This document shows positions 54,149-64,000 of a DNA stretch of 64,000 nucleotides, in pieces (position 1 is the stretch's first letter; each line of letters begins with the position of its first letter). The notes under the pieces are model-generated. The model was not told where the DNA came from, searched no databases, and saw nothing but the letters and a program-made list of their open reading frames with translations. The DNA is from Cytophagales bacterium (lineage in GTDB: Bacteria; Bacteroidota; Bacteroidia; Cytophagales; UBA9547): assembly GCA_013297755.1 (NCBI GenBank), contig JAAFIH010000026.1, positions 281-64,280 on the forward strand, written 5' to 3'. A program made the position numbers and the translations under genes.

Positions 54149-57073
54149 TTAATATCCAAATACATCTTTTAATTCTAAGGTTTTTACTTTGCCTATTTTT
54201 TCTAGGGTTTTAAAATCAATTTTGTCTTTATGACCTATGATTAATAATTTGTATGGTTTATCTTTTATGTAATTTTTTTGGAAATTTTCAATATCTTCAA
54301 AAGTTAATTTTTGAATTTTAGCAAAATCTTCAGGTCTTTGGTCTTTATCAAGTTTCATTTTTTCTATAAATTCTTTGCTGTATAAAACCCCTGTTTTGGT
54401 AATTCTGTCAGTTCTATATTCATTGAGTTTGGCTTCTTTGGCATTGGCAAAAGAAATGTCAGATTTCGGCATTGTAGCAAGAAGTGAAAGCATAGCTGGT
54501 ATGGCTTCAGTCATTTTGTCGGCTTGTGTACCTATATATGAACTATTGTAGTTGCTGTAATTGAGGTCGCCCGAAATTCTATAATTTGAGCTGCATCCAT
54601 AAGCCAAAGCTTTGCTTTCTCTTATTTCTTGAAAAACAATAGAGTTCATGCTTCCTCCAAAATATTCGTTGTAGAGCGATGCAGTGGCATTCATATTTTT
54701 GTCGTAAGGCACTGATTTTGAGAGGAATACCATTTCGGCTTGTACCATATCGTAATGCACAAAAAGTACTTCGTTTTGCAAAAATGATTCTTCTTTATAG
54801 ATTGTTTTTGGTGGTGCTTTTTTCAACACATCTGCCACTTTGTGTTGTAATGAAACACTTGGTGCTATTTTTTGTAAGTCTTCAGGGCCATAATACCATA
54901 CTTGGTGTTCATAATTTTTTAGCGATTTTATTAATGATATTAAATTTTGTGATGTAGTAGTTTTGAGATCCTTTTCAGTAAGAATTTTTGTGAAAGGGTT
55001 TAAAGCTCCAAATTTTGCATAACTTCCTAATCCTGCTTTTAGTATGGTAGATTTATCTAATTTGGCATCTGATCTTTGTTTTAAAATTCCTTTTATCATT
55101 TCTTTTAGGGCTTTTTCATCTGATTTAGGATTGGCTAATAATTGTTCTAGCAGGGTAGTAGCTGCAACTCTATTTTCTTCTAAACCAGTAAGAATTATTG
55201 TAATTTTATCGTCTGAAATTGAAATAGAGTAATCGCAACCCAATTCATAGAATTTTGATTTGAGTGTTGTAGCATTTATTTTGTCTGTACCTAAATAATT
55301 TAAGTATCCAATAGCTAACTCCATTTTTGGAAATTGATTTTTTCCAAACGGATACTTATAATGTAATTCAAATAGTTTATTTTCCTCATTTTTCTTATAC
55401 CATACATCTAGTCCACTTTTCAAATTCCATGTTTGCATATCTCTTTCGAAGTTTAAAAAAACTGGTTCAATGTTAGGAGGAGATTGACTAGCAATTTTCT
55501 TTAAAAACTCAGATTGGGTTTCTCTATTGACAGGAACTGGAGTTATTTTGGGTTTTATTACTTTGGTTATAGATGTATCTTTACCAGTTTTTTTGTATAT
55601 TACGGCATAATTATTACCAAAATAAGTATTTGCAAGAGTAATAATTTCTTTTTTATTGATTGCAGCCATAGCATCAAGGCCAGCTATATAATTACTCCAT
55701 GATATGCCTTTTATAAAAGCATCAACCATATAATCAGCTCTTGTTTCGTTGCTTTCGAGGCCACGCATCATGGCAATTTTCTCGTTGTTAATGATAGCTT
55801 TCAGTAATTTTTCATCAAATTTACCTTGTTTTATACTATCAATTTGTGCAAGGATTAAATTTTTAACTTCTTCTAAAGTTTGTCCCTCACGAGGATTTGC
55901 CGAAATAAAAACCCCAGAATAATCTTTCATTCTATATGGAAAAGCACTAACTCCAAGTACTTTTTGGGTTTGTACTAAATTTAAGTCCATCAAACCAGCT
56001 TTGCCATTTGATAAAATTCTGCTAAACATTTCCATAATCAGAGCGTCTTTTGATTCAGCACCAGGAAATCTGTATCCCATAAAAAGCATTTCTTGTGAAG
56101 GGCCAAATACAGTTTTCTGTATGGGAGATTCTATTTTTGTTTCTTGGTAAGGTTTAAAATCTGGTATTGGTTTTGCTATTTTAGCTCCCCAAAATTGGTC
56201 TATTGTTTGTATTGTGGTTGTTGGGTCGAGGTCGCCACTCATGCAAATAGCCATATTGTTTGGTACATAATAGGTGTAAAAATATTTTTTAATTTCAGTT
56301 ATCGATGGGTTTTGGAGATGTTCTACTGTGCCAATCGTAGTTTGCGATCCATATTGATGATTGGGCCATAGGCTTGCAAAAGTTTTTTCGATAACCTTAC
56401 TCATGTCATTGTCTAAGCCACGATTTTTTTCTTCATAAACTGCTTCTAATTCTGTATGAAAAAGGCGAGGGGTTAGTTCTCCAAATCTTTCGGCCTCTAA
56501 TTTCGCCCATCTTTCTATTTCATTGCTGGGTATTTCGTTTACATAGACCGTTTGTTCTACCCAAGTGTAAGCATTGGTGCCTTTTGCACCCAATAAACTT
56601 ACTATTTTGTCGTATTCGTTGGCAATGGCAAATTTGGCTGCTACACCAGATATACTATCAATTTTGGCGTACATTTTTTTTCTTTCTGAAGTATCTTTTA
56701 TGGTTCTATACTTTTCGTAAAGTGCTTCTATTTGCTCTAATATAGGTTTTTCTTTTTCCCAGTTAGCGGCTCCAATCTTAGAAGTACCCTTAAAAACCAT
56801 GTGTTCGAGGTAATGGGCAAGGCCAGTAGTATTGGCTGGGTCGTTTTTGCTACCAGCACGCACAGCAATATATGTTTGAATTTTAGGCGTATTTTTATAC
56901 ACTGATAAATATACTTTAAGTCCATTTCCTAGAGTATACATTCTGGTATTAGTAGGGTCGTTGGCCACTATTTCGTAAGAATATCCACCTTCAGTTTGGG
57001 TAGATGTTTGGTAATTTTGTGCTAAAATGGCGACTGAAATTACAGTTGAAATTATAAATGTAAATTTTTTCAT
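54149..57073 (-). CDS. Secreted tandem M16 (insulinase/pitrilysin-family) zinc peptidase
   Basis: HYLEHMVFKGT (HxxEH). ATG 57073 gives the signal peptide MKKFTFIISTVISVAILAQ. Its ~975 aa are consistent with two M16 halves. Confidence 0.85.
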   Translation of the reverse strand: MKKFTFIISTVISVAILAQNYQTSTQTEGGYSYEIVANDPTNTRMYTLGNGLKVYLSVYKNTPKIQTYIAVRAGSKNDPANTTGLAHYLEHMVFKGTSKIGAANWEKEKPILEQIEALYEKYRTIKDTSERKKMYAKIDSISGVAAKFAIANEYDKIVSLLGAKGTNAYTWVEQTVYVNEIPSNEIERWAKLEAERFGELTPRLFHTELEAVYEEKNRGLDNDMSKVIEKTFASLWPNHQYGSQTTIGTVEHLQNPSITEIKKYFYTYYVPNNMAICMSGDLDPTTTIQTIDQFWGAKIAKPIPDFKPYQETKIESPIQKTVFGPSQEMLFMGYRFPGAESKDALIMEMFSRILSNGKAGLMDLNLVQTQKVLGVSAFPYRMKDYSGVFISANPREGQTLEEVKNLILAQIDSIKQGKFDEKLLKAIINNEKIAMMRGLESNETRADYMVDAFIKGISWSNYIAGLDAMAAINKKEIITLANTYFGNNYAVIYKKTGKDTSITKVIKPKITPVPVNRETQSEFLKKIASQSPPNIEPVFLNFERDMQTWNLKSGLDVWYKKNEENKLFELHYKYPFGKNQFPKMELAIGYLNYLGTDKINATTLKSKFYELGCDYSISISDDKITIILTGLEENRVAATTLLEQLLANPKSDEKALKEMIKGILKQRSDAKLDKSTILKAGLGSYAKFGALNPFTKILTEKDLKTTTSQNLISLIKSLKNYEHQVWYYGPEDLQKIAPSVSLQHKVADVLKKAPPKTIYKEESFLQNEVLFVHYDMVQAEMVFLSKSVPYDKNMNATASLYNEYFGGSMNSIVFQEIRESKALAYGCSSNYRISGDLNYSNYNSSYIGTQADKMTEAIPAMLSLLATMPKSDISFANAKEAKLNEYRTDRITKTGVLYSKEFIEKMKLDKDQRPEDFAKIQKLTFEDIENFQKNYIKDKPYKLLIIGHKDKIDFKTLEKIGKVKTLELKDVFGY

Positions 57074-57086
57074 TTTTTTGTTTATT

Positions 57087-58226
57087 TTATTTTTTTGAAT
57101 TTTCATCAAGTCTTCTATTCATCTCATTTAAAAATGCGATTATTGCAAAATCATCTTGCCTCGATTTTTTAAATTTTTGTAATAGTTCTGGAAATTCTTC
57201 TAAGGCCATTTCTACATATTTTACTTTTAATGGCAACACTGCACCCTTTCTTAAATCCATAAAAAATTTAGCTTCTATTTTCATATTTGATGATGCTAAT
57301 GCCCCCAAAAGTCCAAACGCAGAAGTCATAGCAACTTTACCCATCATGTCATTTATCTTGTCATCTATTATTATTAATGTACCATTTAGTTTAGCTTTTC
57401 CAAATTGATAACCCATTTTTTTATTATTTCTAGGTTCGTAATTTCCATAGCACATCGAATTTATATAAATATCAATTCCATCTGAGAAGGCGAAAATTTT
57501 TCTAACTTCTTTAATTTTCAAGCTATCTTTAATACTTGCATTAATTTCAGTATATTCAACCTTATCAAAAAAAGTTTTGTTTTTATTTGTTTCATTATGC
57601 AATAAATCAGCTGAAGTATTAAAAATGCCTTTTTTTATACATTTGCATTTGGCTATTGTGGAATCTTTATTATATTTTTTTTCTAAATATTTTTCATTCA
57701 AATATTTTTGTGGATTTAATTTATTAAAATTATTTAAGCCAATTTCAATTGCTTCAGCTATTCTTTTACTATGGCCAGAGGTGGCATCAAATGTATTTTT
57801 TGTGGTAGAAATATCTTGCTCGTCAAGTATAACATAGCTACTATCTATTGTTTTGGCTATATAAAAATCTAAATCAACTAATCCTATTTCTTCAAATGCT
57901 GATGTACGTTCATCTATCCATAAAGAATTTATTATTATTACTAGTTCGTTAGATTTATTAGAATTTAGATTAGAGTTTGTAATTAATGTTCCAAATTCAT
58001 TTGGTAAATTGTTTTCAAAATCTGCAGGAAATCTTTTATTAGCTAATCCTTTTTGAACACTACCAATCAAAAATCTATTTAATCTTTGATCTAGTATTTT
58101 TGTAATAGAATAGTTGAAATCATTGATTATGATTTTTTCTTTTGACATGGAAATTTTATGAATAATATCTTTTGAGTTTCCATAAAAACTTAGAAATGTA
58201 AAAGTTATAAGTGATATTACTTTCAT
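57087..58226 (-). CDS. Hypothetical secreted protein
   Basis: 379-aa ORF with an N-terminal hydrophobic signal MKVISLITFTFLSFYG and no recognisable motif. It is the first gene of the minus-strand four-gene string. Confidence 0.55.
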   Translation of the reverse strand: MKVISLITFTFLSFYGNSKDIIHKISMSKEKIIINDFNYSITKILDQRLNRFLIGSVQKGLANKRFPADFENNLPNEFGTLITNSNLNSNKSNELVIIINSLWIDERTSAFEEIGLVDLDFYIAKTIDSSYVILDEQDISTTKNTFDATSGHSKRIAEAIEIGLNNFNKLNPQKYLNEKYLEKKYNKDSTIAKCKCIKKGIFNTSADLLHNETNKNKTFFDKVEYTEINASIKDSLKIKEVRKIFAFSDGIDIYINSMCYGNYEPRNNKKMGYQFGKAKLNGTLIIIDDKINDMMGKVAMTSAFGLLGALASSNMKIEAKFFMDLRKGAVLPLKVKYVEMALEEFPELLQKFKKSRQDDFAIIAFLNEMNRRLDENSKK

Positions 58227-58406
58227 TTTTTTAAATAATTTTGTAAGATTTTATTTTAATTTTATCAATTTGTTTAAAATATATAAACTCTAGATTTCAA
58301 TTTCAATTATTTTTTTGAATGTAAAGATTAATCCTTATAGAATATATAGTACAAGTCCTAAAAAAGGGGGCTTAGATAACGAAATCTATAGTTTTAGAAA
58401 AATTAA

Positions 58407-58445
58407 AACTTATAACTTATAACTTATAACTAATAACTCATAATG
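58407..58445 (+). repeat. Heptanucleotide microsatellite (AACTTAT x3 plus 2-3 degenerate units)
   Basis: aacttat aacttat aacttat aactaat aactcat. This is the same unit (a rotation of TTATAAC) and strand as the tail of the 22895-23040 array. Confidence 0.85.
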
Positions 58446-58451
58446 ATTCTC

Positions 58452-59228
58452 CTAATCTTCAAAAATATTACCTAATCCACCAAGAATACTTCCCCCTTCT
58501 CGGCCACTATTGCCACCACTTGGCGACAGTACAGAAACTAATTTTGATATAGGCATAGACTGAAGCCAAACTTTGCCAGTGCCTCTGAGAGTAGCCAAAA
58601 ACAAGCCCTCTCCACCAAAAACCATCGATTTGAGGTTACCTGCTTTTTGTATATCAAAATCTATTTGTGGTTCAAATGCTACAACACAACCAGTGTCTAC
58701 TCTTAGGGTTTCGTTGTTGAGTTGTCGTTCTATGATAGTGCCGCCTGCATGAATAAAAGCCATGCCATCGCCTTCTAGTTTTTCGAGGATAAAACCCTCG
58801 CCACCAAAAAAACCTGCACCCATTTTTTTATTAAACGTGATAGATATTTTTGTACCATAAGCAGCACACAAAAAAGCATCTTTTTGGCAAATAATAGTGC
58901 CACCAAGTTTTTGAAGATTCAATGGAATAATTGTGCCTGGGTATGGAGCCGAAAAAGCAACATGTTTTTTACCATACCCTTTGTTTGTGAAATGGGTCAT
59001 AAACAACGATTCGCCTGTGAGCATCCGAGATCCTGCTGTCATCAATTTGCCAAAAAAACCTTGATTTGGGTTGCTGCCATCGCCCATTTTGGCTTCAAAA
59101 TCGATGTTTTCTTCCATATAACACATAGCACCAGCTTCGGCCACTATAGTTTCGTGTGGGTCGAGTTCTATTTCTACTAGCTGTATGCCTTCTCCAATTA
59201 TTTTGTAATCAACTTCGTGTGATTTCAT
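58452..59228 (-). CDS. AIM24/TIGR00266-family protein
   Basis: [20 protein letters not shown]...[11 protein letters not shown]...[14 protein letters not shown]...[20 protein letters not shown]. Confidence 0.8.
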   Translation of the reverse strand: MKSHEVDYKIIGEGIQLVEIELDPHETIVAEAGAMCYMEENIDFEAKMGDGSNPNQGFFGKLMTAGSRMLTGESLFMTHFTNKGYGKKHVAFSAPYPGTIIPLNLQKLGGTIICQKDAFLCAAYGTKISITFNKKMGAGFFGGEGFILEKLEGDGMAFIHAGGTIIERQLNNETLRVDTGCVVAFEPQIDFDIQKAGNLKSMVFGGEGLFLATLRGTGKVWLQSMPISKLVSVLSPSGGNSGREGGSILGGLGNIFED

Positions 59229-59309
59229 GTAATATTTTTATTTTTTTATTTTTTATTTTAAAATATCTTTACAAACATAATCTATTTTAAATGAATCTAC
59301 AAATTTTGC

Positions 59310-59933
59310 TTAATCGCTCCACTCGCCAAGACCTTTTCTTATCAATTTTATAGGATTTTCTGATGCATCTAGCACTGTAGAGGGAATATTACCACCAAAA
59401 CCACCATCTAGAATCAAGTCTACCTGATGTTTGTAGTCTTCCCAAATTTGGGCAGGGTCTGTGGTGTATTCTAGAATTAAGTCATCGCTTTTGATAGATG
59501 TAGTAACGAGTGGATTTCCTAGCATTTCTACTATTTGGCGAGGTATGGCATGATTTGGTATTCGTATGCCAACCGTTTTTTTTCTTACTCCAAGTATTCT
59601 TGGCACTTCACTTGTGGCTTTCAAAATAAAAGCATAAGGGCCAGGCAAGAGGGATTTCATCAACTTGAATGTTGGGGTGTCGAGCTGCAACACATATTTT
59701 GAAATATCAGACATATCATGGCAGATAAAAGTAAGATTCATCTTTTCTGGTTTTGCACTTTTGAGTTTACAAATTCTTTCTACAGCTTTGGCATGGTATA
59801 AATCGCAACCAATAGCATACACAGTATCTGTTGGGTAGATGATAATTTGCCCATTTTTAAGCCTTTTTACTATATCCTCAATTTTTCTTTTCTCAGGATT
59901 TATTGGGTGCAGTTGTATCAAATCGGCTGGCAT
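59310..59933 (-). CDS. tsaC: L-threonylcarbamoyladenylate synthase (YrdC/TsaC type)
   Basis: [31 protein letters not shown] and STVLD; 207 aa. Confidence 0.85.
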   Translation of the reverse strand: MPADLIQLHPINPEKRKIEDIVKRLKNGQIIIYPTDTVYAIGCDLYHAKAVERICKLKSAKPEKMNLTFICHDMSDISKYVLQLDTPTFKLMKSLLPGPYAFILKATSEVPRILGVRKKTVGIRIPNHAIPRQIVEMLGNPLVTTSIKSDDLILEYTTDPAQIWEDYKHQVDLILDGGFGGNIPSTVLDASENPIKLIRKGLGEWSD

Positions 59934-60551
59934 AGATAGATAGGTTTTTAATTTTTAATGATAACAAAAAATAAATGATTTTGTATTAAATTAAGATTCT
60001 TATTTTGTTTTTAATTAAAATAAAGTATAAAATTAAAAATCTTATCACCTATTTTTGTAGCCTTAAATAAGTCAATATTCTTTTTTTATCAAAGAATAGC
60101 TTGACTTTATTTGAAAATATTAGTTTGTTTTTGTAAATAAGTAATAAATTTTATTTATTTTTTGATTATTTTATAAACTATATTTTTGGTATTCATATTC
60201 AAAATAATTTCTAAAACCTTCATTTCTATAATTTTTCTTCTACGGTTGTAGGTCTCAGTGTAAGAAAAACTATATTTAATTTGAGCAAATTTTGCTATTT
60301 TTGCTCTATATATAGTACCATACAGCAACATTTGTATAGCATTTGAGGACTTTTTCTTTTATAAAGATAATCGTCTAATGGGTACAAAAATTACCCAAAG
60401 TCTTTTTATGTAATACAACTATATTTAGCTTCGAGGGTTTATTTATGACTTAGTATAACAGAATAGTTACAAAAACTTTCTAAAATTTGAAGTTTTACAC
60501 AACTACACAATAAATATAGTTTGACTGTGTTAGTTTAAAATTAAAAATAGT

Positions 60552-60584
60552 AAAAAAAATGTTGTTAAAATAAGTTTTAACAAC
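60552..60584 (-). terminator. Intrinsic terminator after csp
   Basis: gttgttaaaa-taag-ttttaacaac followed by T8 on the minus strand. Confidence 0.75.
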
Positions 60585-60621
60585 AGTATTCAGAAAAAAA
60601 TCAATACCTAAAACAATAAGA

Positions 60622-60813
60622 TTATGCTAATTTTACATTAACAGCATTTACGCCTTTTTTGCCTTCTTTTAATTCAAAAGTTACTTTGTCGTTTTGTTTG
60701 ATTTTATCAACTAAACCAGTAGCGTGTACAAAATATTCTTTTTCGCTATCGTTTTCTTTTACAAATCCATATCCTTTTGGCTCGTTATAAAATTTTACTA
60801 TTCCTGTAATCAT
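60622..60813 (-). CDS. Cold-shock domain protein
   Basis: GIVKFYNEPKGYGFV (RNP1) and FVHATG (RNP2-like); 63 aa. Confidence 0.9.
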   Translation of the reverse strand: MITGIVKFYNEPKGYGFVKENDSEKEYFVHATGLVDKIKQNDKVTFELKEGKKGVNAVNVKLA

Positions 60814-60914
60814 TATAAATTTAATTTTTGATTTTATAAAATTAGTAGAAATAAATTATAATCCAAAAAAAAAATAAAAAATATTTTTCTATGTTTTTAA
60901 AATTTCAATTTAGT

Positions 60915-61694
60915 TTATATCAGTTCAGGTAAAATTTTTGAAAGTACGCTAAGTTTGTTAGGAATAATATGATTTTCTATAGTTGCTATTTTTTTTATAC
61001 CAACCACATTAGTCAGTATAACACAATCTGCATTTTTAAGTTCTTCCACTTTGAACTGCCCGTCTATAATAGTAATATTTTTTTCTTTTGCTTTCAATAA
61101 AATATATTCTCTTCCTACCCCAGCTATACATCCACAAGTCAATGAAGGGGTATAAATAATATCATTTTTTTCCCAAAAAATATTTGACGAACTGCCTTCT
61201 GCTATATTTCCAAGATTATCTAATAAAAGGATGTCATCTAAATTTCTATTTTTTTTTTCTAACCCTGCTAAAACGTAGGGTATAGCATTTGTGGTTTTGA
61301 GCATTGAAGTTACACTATAGTTCAAAAAAATATTTTTTGCAATCCCTACCTTTGTCAAAATTTGAATATCATTTATAACCAAGTCAGAGATTGAGATTTC
61401 ATAATTTATTATATTAGAAATAGGAGTGTATAAACCACCATCTTGTCGCCAAACGATTATTTTAATTCTTTTAGCTTTGGATATTTCAGTAGTTTTAATT
61501 TTTGACAATACTTGGGATTTTAAAAAATCATTTTCAAACAAAAAATTTGATTCAAATTGCATAATAGCACAGCCTTTTTTCAATCTATTGATATGTAGTG
61601 GCCAGTGCTGGAGTTGGTTATTTTTATAAATAACAGTTTCAAAAAGTCCATCTCCATATCTAAAAGCTCTATTTTTGTCAATATCAATTTCCAT
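60915..61694 (-). CDS. Class IV aminotransferase-fold protein (aminodeoxychorismate lyase-like)
   Basis: FRYGDGLFETV, the size (259 aa), and EGSSSNIFW...TPSL..GCIAGVGR. Confidence 0.7.
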   Translation of the reverse strand: MEIDIDKNRAFRYGDGLFETVIYKNNQLQHWPLHINRLKKGCAIMQFESNFLFENDFLKSQVLSKIKTTEISKAKRIKIIVWRQDGGLYTPISNIINYEISISDLVINDIQILTKVGIAKNIFLNYSVTSMLKTTNAIPYVLAGLEKKNRNLDDILLLDNLGNIAEGSSSNIFWEKNDIIYTPSLTCGCIAGVGREYILLKAKEKNITIIDGQFKVEELKNADCVILTNVVGIKKIATIENHIIPNKLSVLSKILPELI

Positions 61695-61708
61695 ATTTTA
61701 AATTTATT

Positions 61709-62611
61709 TCATTTTTTGATTTTTTTGCCAATCGAAAATACTCTATTTAGATTAAATCCTAATCTGATACTTTTCAAACCATGTCTAATGCCGGCATCGT
61801 TGAGGCCTATAAATTGGGATTCTATCATGCCTTCTGCATTTGTAAAATGAAGTTGAAAAATATGCCCTCCTGTGTCTATATCCAGACCTATGGCCAGTGT
61901 ATGTCTACTGGCTTCAGTATCTAAATGAGAAAATGGAATTAAAAAATATTCTCCCAAAATGGCTATTCTTTTTGATATTTTATATCTGATTCCATAGCCA
62001 ATCGCAAAAATGGTATTATCAGTAGTTTGCTTTAAAACCAAATTTCGATGTATCAAAGTAGGAGTCAGTTGCATAGAAAGTGAGCCTGTAAATTTACGAG
62101 CTATTAAAAATTGTAAACAATAGTTTATGCGCTCCGAAAATTGATGTTGATTAGCATCTGTTGGGAATTTAATTGTATTTATAGCCAATGATGTAAACAA
62201 AACTGCTGAAAACGGAATAGTGTTGGATTGTTTCGACAATTTATATTTCAAAAATCCGTCTATTGCCTTTTGATTGGTGGATCTGCCAAGCCCAATATTT
62301 AATCTTGGAGCTAAACCATAATCAATTCCAATACGAATAGTGGCCAAATCTAAACCAATAAAGTCGTATAATCCATTATTCATTGGCCCAAATCTATGTT
62401 GAAACATGATTTGCATTTCTTTTTTTGCAACCAACTCTATGGATTGCCCATTGATTAATTTTGTACCTTTAAAAGTAGCATAAACATAATTAATTTCTTT
62501 TATTTTTTTTTCATTCGCATTTAATAATGAATCCAAATTCTGACTTACTGCCGATATTTTAAATATTATTAACAAAAAAAATATATTTTTTTTACTTTTT
62601 ATAAGGTTCAT
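61709..62611 (-). CDS. Outer-membrane beta-barrel protein (DUF5777-like)
   Basis: Signal peptide, then FKGTKLINGQSIE...MFQHRFGPMNNG...FIGLDLATIRIGIDYG. It overlaps the upstream YceI gene by 20 nt. Confidence 0.65.
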   Translation of the reverse strand: MNLIKSKKNIFFLLIIFKISAVSQNLDSLLNANEKKIKEINYVYATFKGTKLINGQSIELVAKKEMQIMFQHRFGPMNNGLYDFIGLDLATIRIGIDYGLAPRLNIGLGRSTNQKAIDGFLKYKLSKQSNTIPFSAVLFTSLAINTIKFPTDANQHQFSERINYCLQFLIARKFTGSLSMQLTPTLIHRNLVLKQTTDNTIFAIGYGIRYKISKRIAILGEYFLIPFSHLDTEASRHTLAIGLDIDTGGHIFQLHFTNAEGMIESQFIGLNDAGIRHGLKSIRLGFNLNRVFSIGKKIKK

Positions 62612-63152
62612 AAATTATTTTTATGTTTACTTTGACTCTATCTGCTAGTTTGGCCAATAGTATTTTGGGTCTATCAATATCGAAATCAGCTAATATAATT
62701 TCAAAAACAGCAGTTGCTGTAATTAAATCATTTGATTTTTCGAGGCTGGTTTTTATAAGAGTTTCTTTGGTTACTCCATGTATATTAAGTGTGCCTTTAG
62801 TAGAAACTACACATTTTTTTTCTATGTTAAAATCACAAGAATCTGCCATAAAACGAGCTTTAAAGCTGCTTTTAGGGTATTTTTCAGTTTCCATATAATT
62901 TTCATTAAAATGTTCTTGCATGAGAGATCGCTTGAATTGGAATTGATTATTTGGTATTAAAATCGAGACTTCGCCAGTTTTTGTATTCAAAAAGCTAGTT
63001 GATTTGGTATTAATAGCATCTATATCTTCCATAATTGTACCTGCAAAAAAATGTATTTCGCTTGCTTTAGTTACATAAATATCTTGGCATAGCAGTTTTA
63101 TTGATATTAAAAAAGTAAAAAGAATTGTAAGACTATTTTTTAGATTTTTCAT
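62592..63152 (-). CDS. YceI-family periplasmic protein
   Basis: Signal peptide. The size and pattern (SEIHFFAGT...GTLNIHGVTKE...DFDI) fit YceI-like lipocalin-fold proteins. Confidence 0.65.
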   Translation of the reverse strand: MKNLKNSLTILFTFLISIKLLCQDIYVTKASEIHFFAGTIMEDIDAINTKSTSFLNTKTGEVSILIPNNQFQFKRSLMQEHFNENYMETEKYPKSSFKARFMADSCDFNIEKKCVVSTKGTLNIHGVTKETLIKTSLEKSNDLITATAVFEIILADFDIDRPKILLAKLADRVKVNIKIIYEPYKK

Positions 63153-63310
63153 GTATTTTTTTAAATATTATTTTTGCTTCCCATTAAGAATAGTTAATGC
63201 TATTGAGTTAATTCAATGTTTCATACTTCAATATAAATTTATTGGGGTGTGAAAAAAATACAAAAGATAGCTATCTTGAATTTTTATTTAACTTCAAATA
63301 ATTGTAAAAC

Positions 63311-63340
63311 AAAAAATCCCAACTATTGTTGGGATTTTTT
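63311..63340. terminator. Bidirectional intrinsic terminator
   Basis: aaaaa-atcccaac-tatt-gttgggat-ttttt. Confidence 0.8.
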
Positions 63341-63371
63341 AGTATTTGATATTTATAATATCAAACTTAAA

Positions 63372-64000
63372 CTATCTTTCGTAAGGATAATATTGAAGTA
63401 ATGAATTTTTAGCTAAATAATTCATGTAAGCACTTTTGTATTCAGAAATTGTTGGTTCTAATTTGATTGCAGCTTCAAATGATTTTTTTGCGTCCAAGAA
63501 AAGATTGTTTTGTGCATAAAAGGATGCTTTCATCATGTAATTTAACGCACTTTCTTCAGCAAATTCTTTAGATAATTGATCTTTGTCTGCAAAAACATCA
63601 GGTGCTTTAGAAGGTACAAGTGTTTTCAACAAATATGATTCTGGTGCAATCTCTAAACCATTAGCTTTGATTTTCAACAAAATAGTTTGATCAATAGGCA
63701 TTTTGATTGTACTCAAATCCAAGGAATAAGAAGTATCATTAGTTTCTTTAGTAAATATTACATCGTCCATCATATTAGATACTTCAAGAGTATAAGAAGT
63801 AGCTTTTGGTGTTTTTGGCCAAGAAACAACATTTACAGTATTGATGATGTTAGAAGTTTTAGGCAAAATCATTTTTGTTAAATCGCCAACTGCTCTTTCT
63901 ACCGAACCCGTTACTTTCATGTTTTTTTGATAATTTGCATGAATATCAGAACTTTCAGCTTTGGTTAATTCTCCAATCACATACGCAGAATATTTTTTTG
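63372..64000 (-). CDS. Hypothetical protein with C-terminal TPR-like helices (5' end outside window)
   Basis: The frame stays open to the window edge (…KKYSAYVIGELTK…). The C-terminus is ASFYAQNNLFLDAKKSFEAAIKLEP. Confidence 0.6.
   Translation of the reverse strand, partial: KKYSAYVIGELTKAESSDIHANYQKNMKVTGSVERAVGDLTKMILPKTSNIINTVNVVSWPKTPKATSYTLEVSNMMDDVIFTKETNDTSYSLDLSTIKMPIDQTILLKIKANGLEIAPESYLLKTLVPSKAPDVFADKDQLSKEFAEESALNYMMKASFYAQNNLFLDAKKSFEAAIKLEPTISEYKSAYMNYLAKNSLLQYYPYER

Noticed and set aside
50248-57073. Radical SAM pair plus M16 peptidase as a RiPP biosynthetic cluster
   Set aside because: No small precursor-like ORF is visible between or beside these genes. The M16 protein carries a secretion signal while the rSAM enzymes are cytoplasmic. 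The idea is kept only as an unexplained operon, not called a RiPP locus.

Overview
This is an AT-rich Bacteroidota chromosomal segment. The phylum call rests on the T9SS translocon gene sprA next to ruvA, a giant adhesin with a Por/T9SS C-terminal sorting domain, TonB-dependent receptors with CarboxypepD_reg-type N-termini, and a TAnnTTTG promoter box; species cannot be determined from the sequence alone. Most of the window is housekeeping: coaD, ppx-like, tRNA-Asp, mltG, pdxA, an ECF sigma factor, rplM-rpsI-rpsB-rpsU, rnz, ruvA, sprA, prfB with its programmed +1 frameshift, tsaC and csp. Five parts are not ordinary. (1) Positions 1-6110 carry three same-orientation arrays of modular hairpin repeats, interleaved with a small coiled-coil/TM gene family and the adhesin. 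(2) A stand-alone Abi_2 (AbiD/AbiF-like) abortive-infection gene at 32872-33822 is preceded by its own promoter, a structured ~100-nt RNA candidate and a terminator, and is followed by a truncated gene. It sits inside a putative metal-handling cluster. (3) That cluster (32254-42601) has two secreted HMA proteins ending in GCCQY, a HYC/CC small protein, a Met/His-rich beta-propeller lipoprotein, an HMA-AraC regulator and two TonB-dependent receptors. (4) Heptanucleotide microsatellites occur at four intergenic sites, and two of them bracket one gene. (5) A four-gene minus-strand operon carries two B12-type radical SAM enzymes. The Abi plus RNA module and the hairpin-array system are my best candidates for something undescribed. 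All functional calls come from reading motifs by eye; no searches were run.
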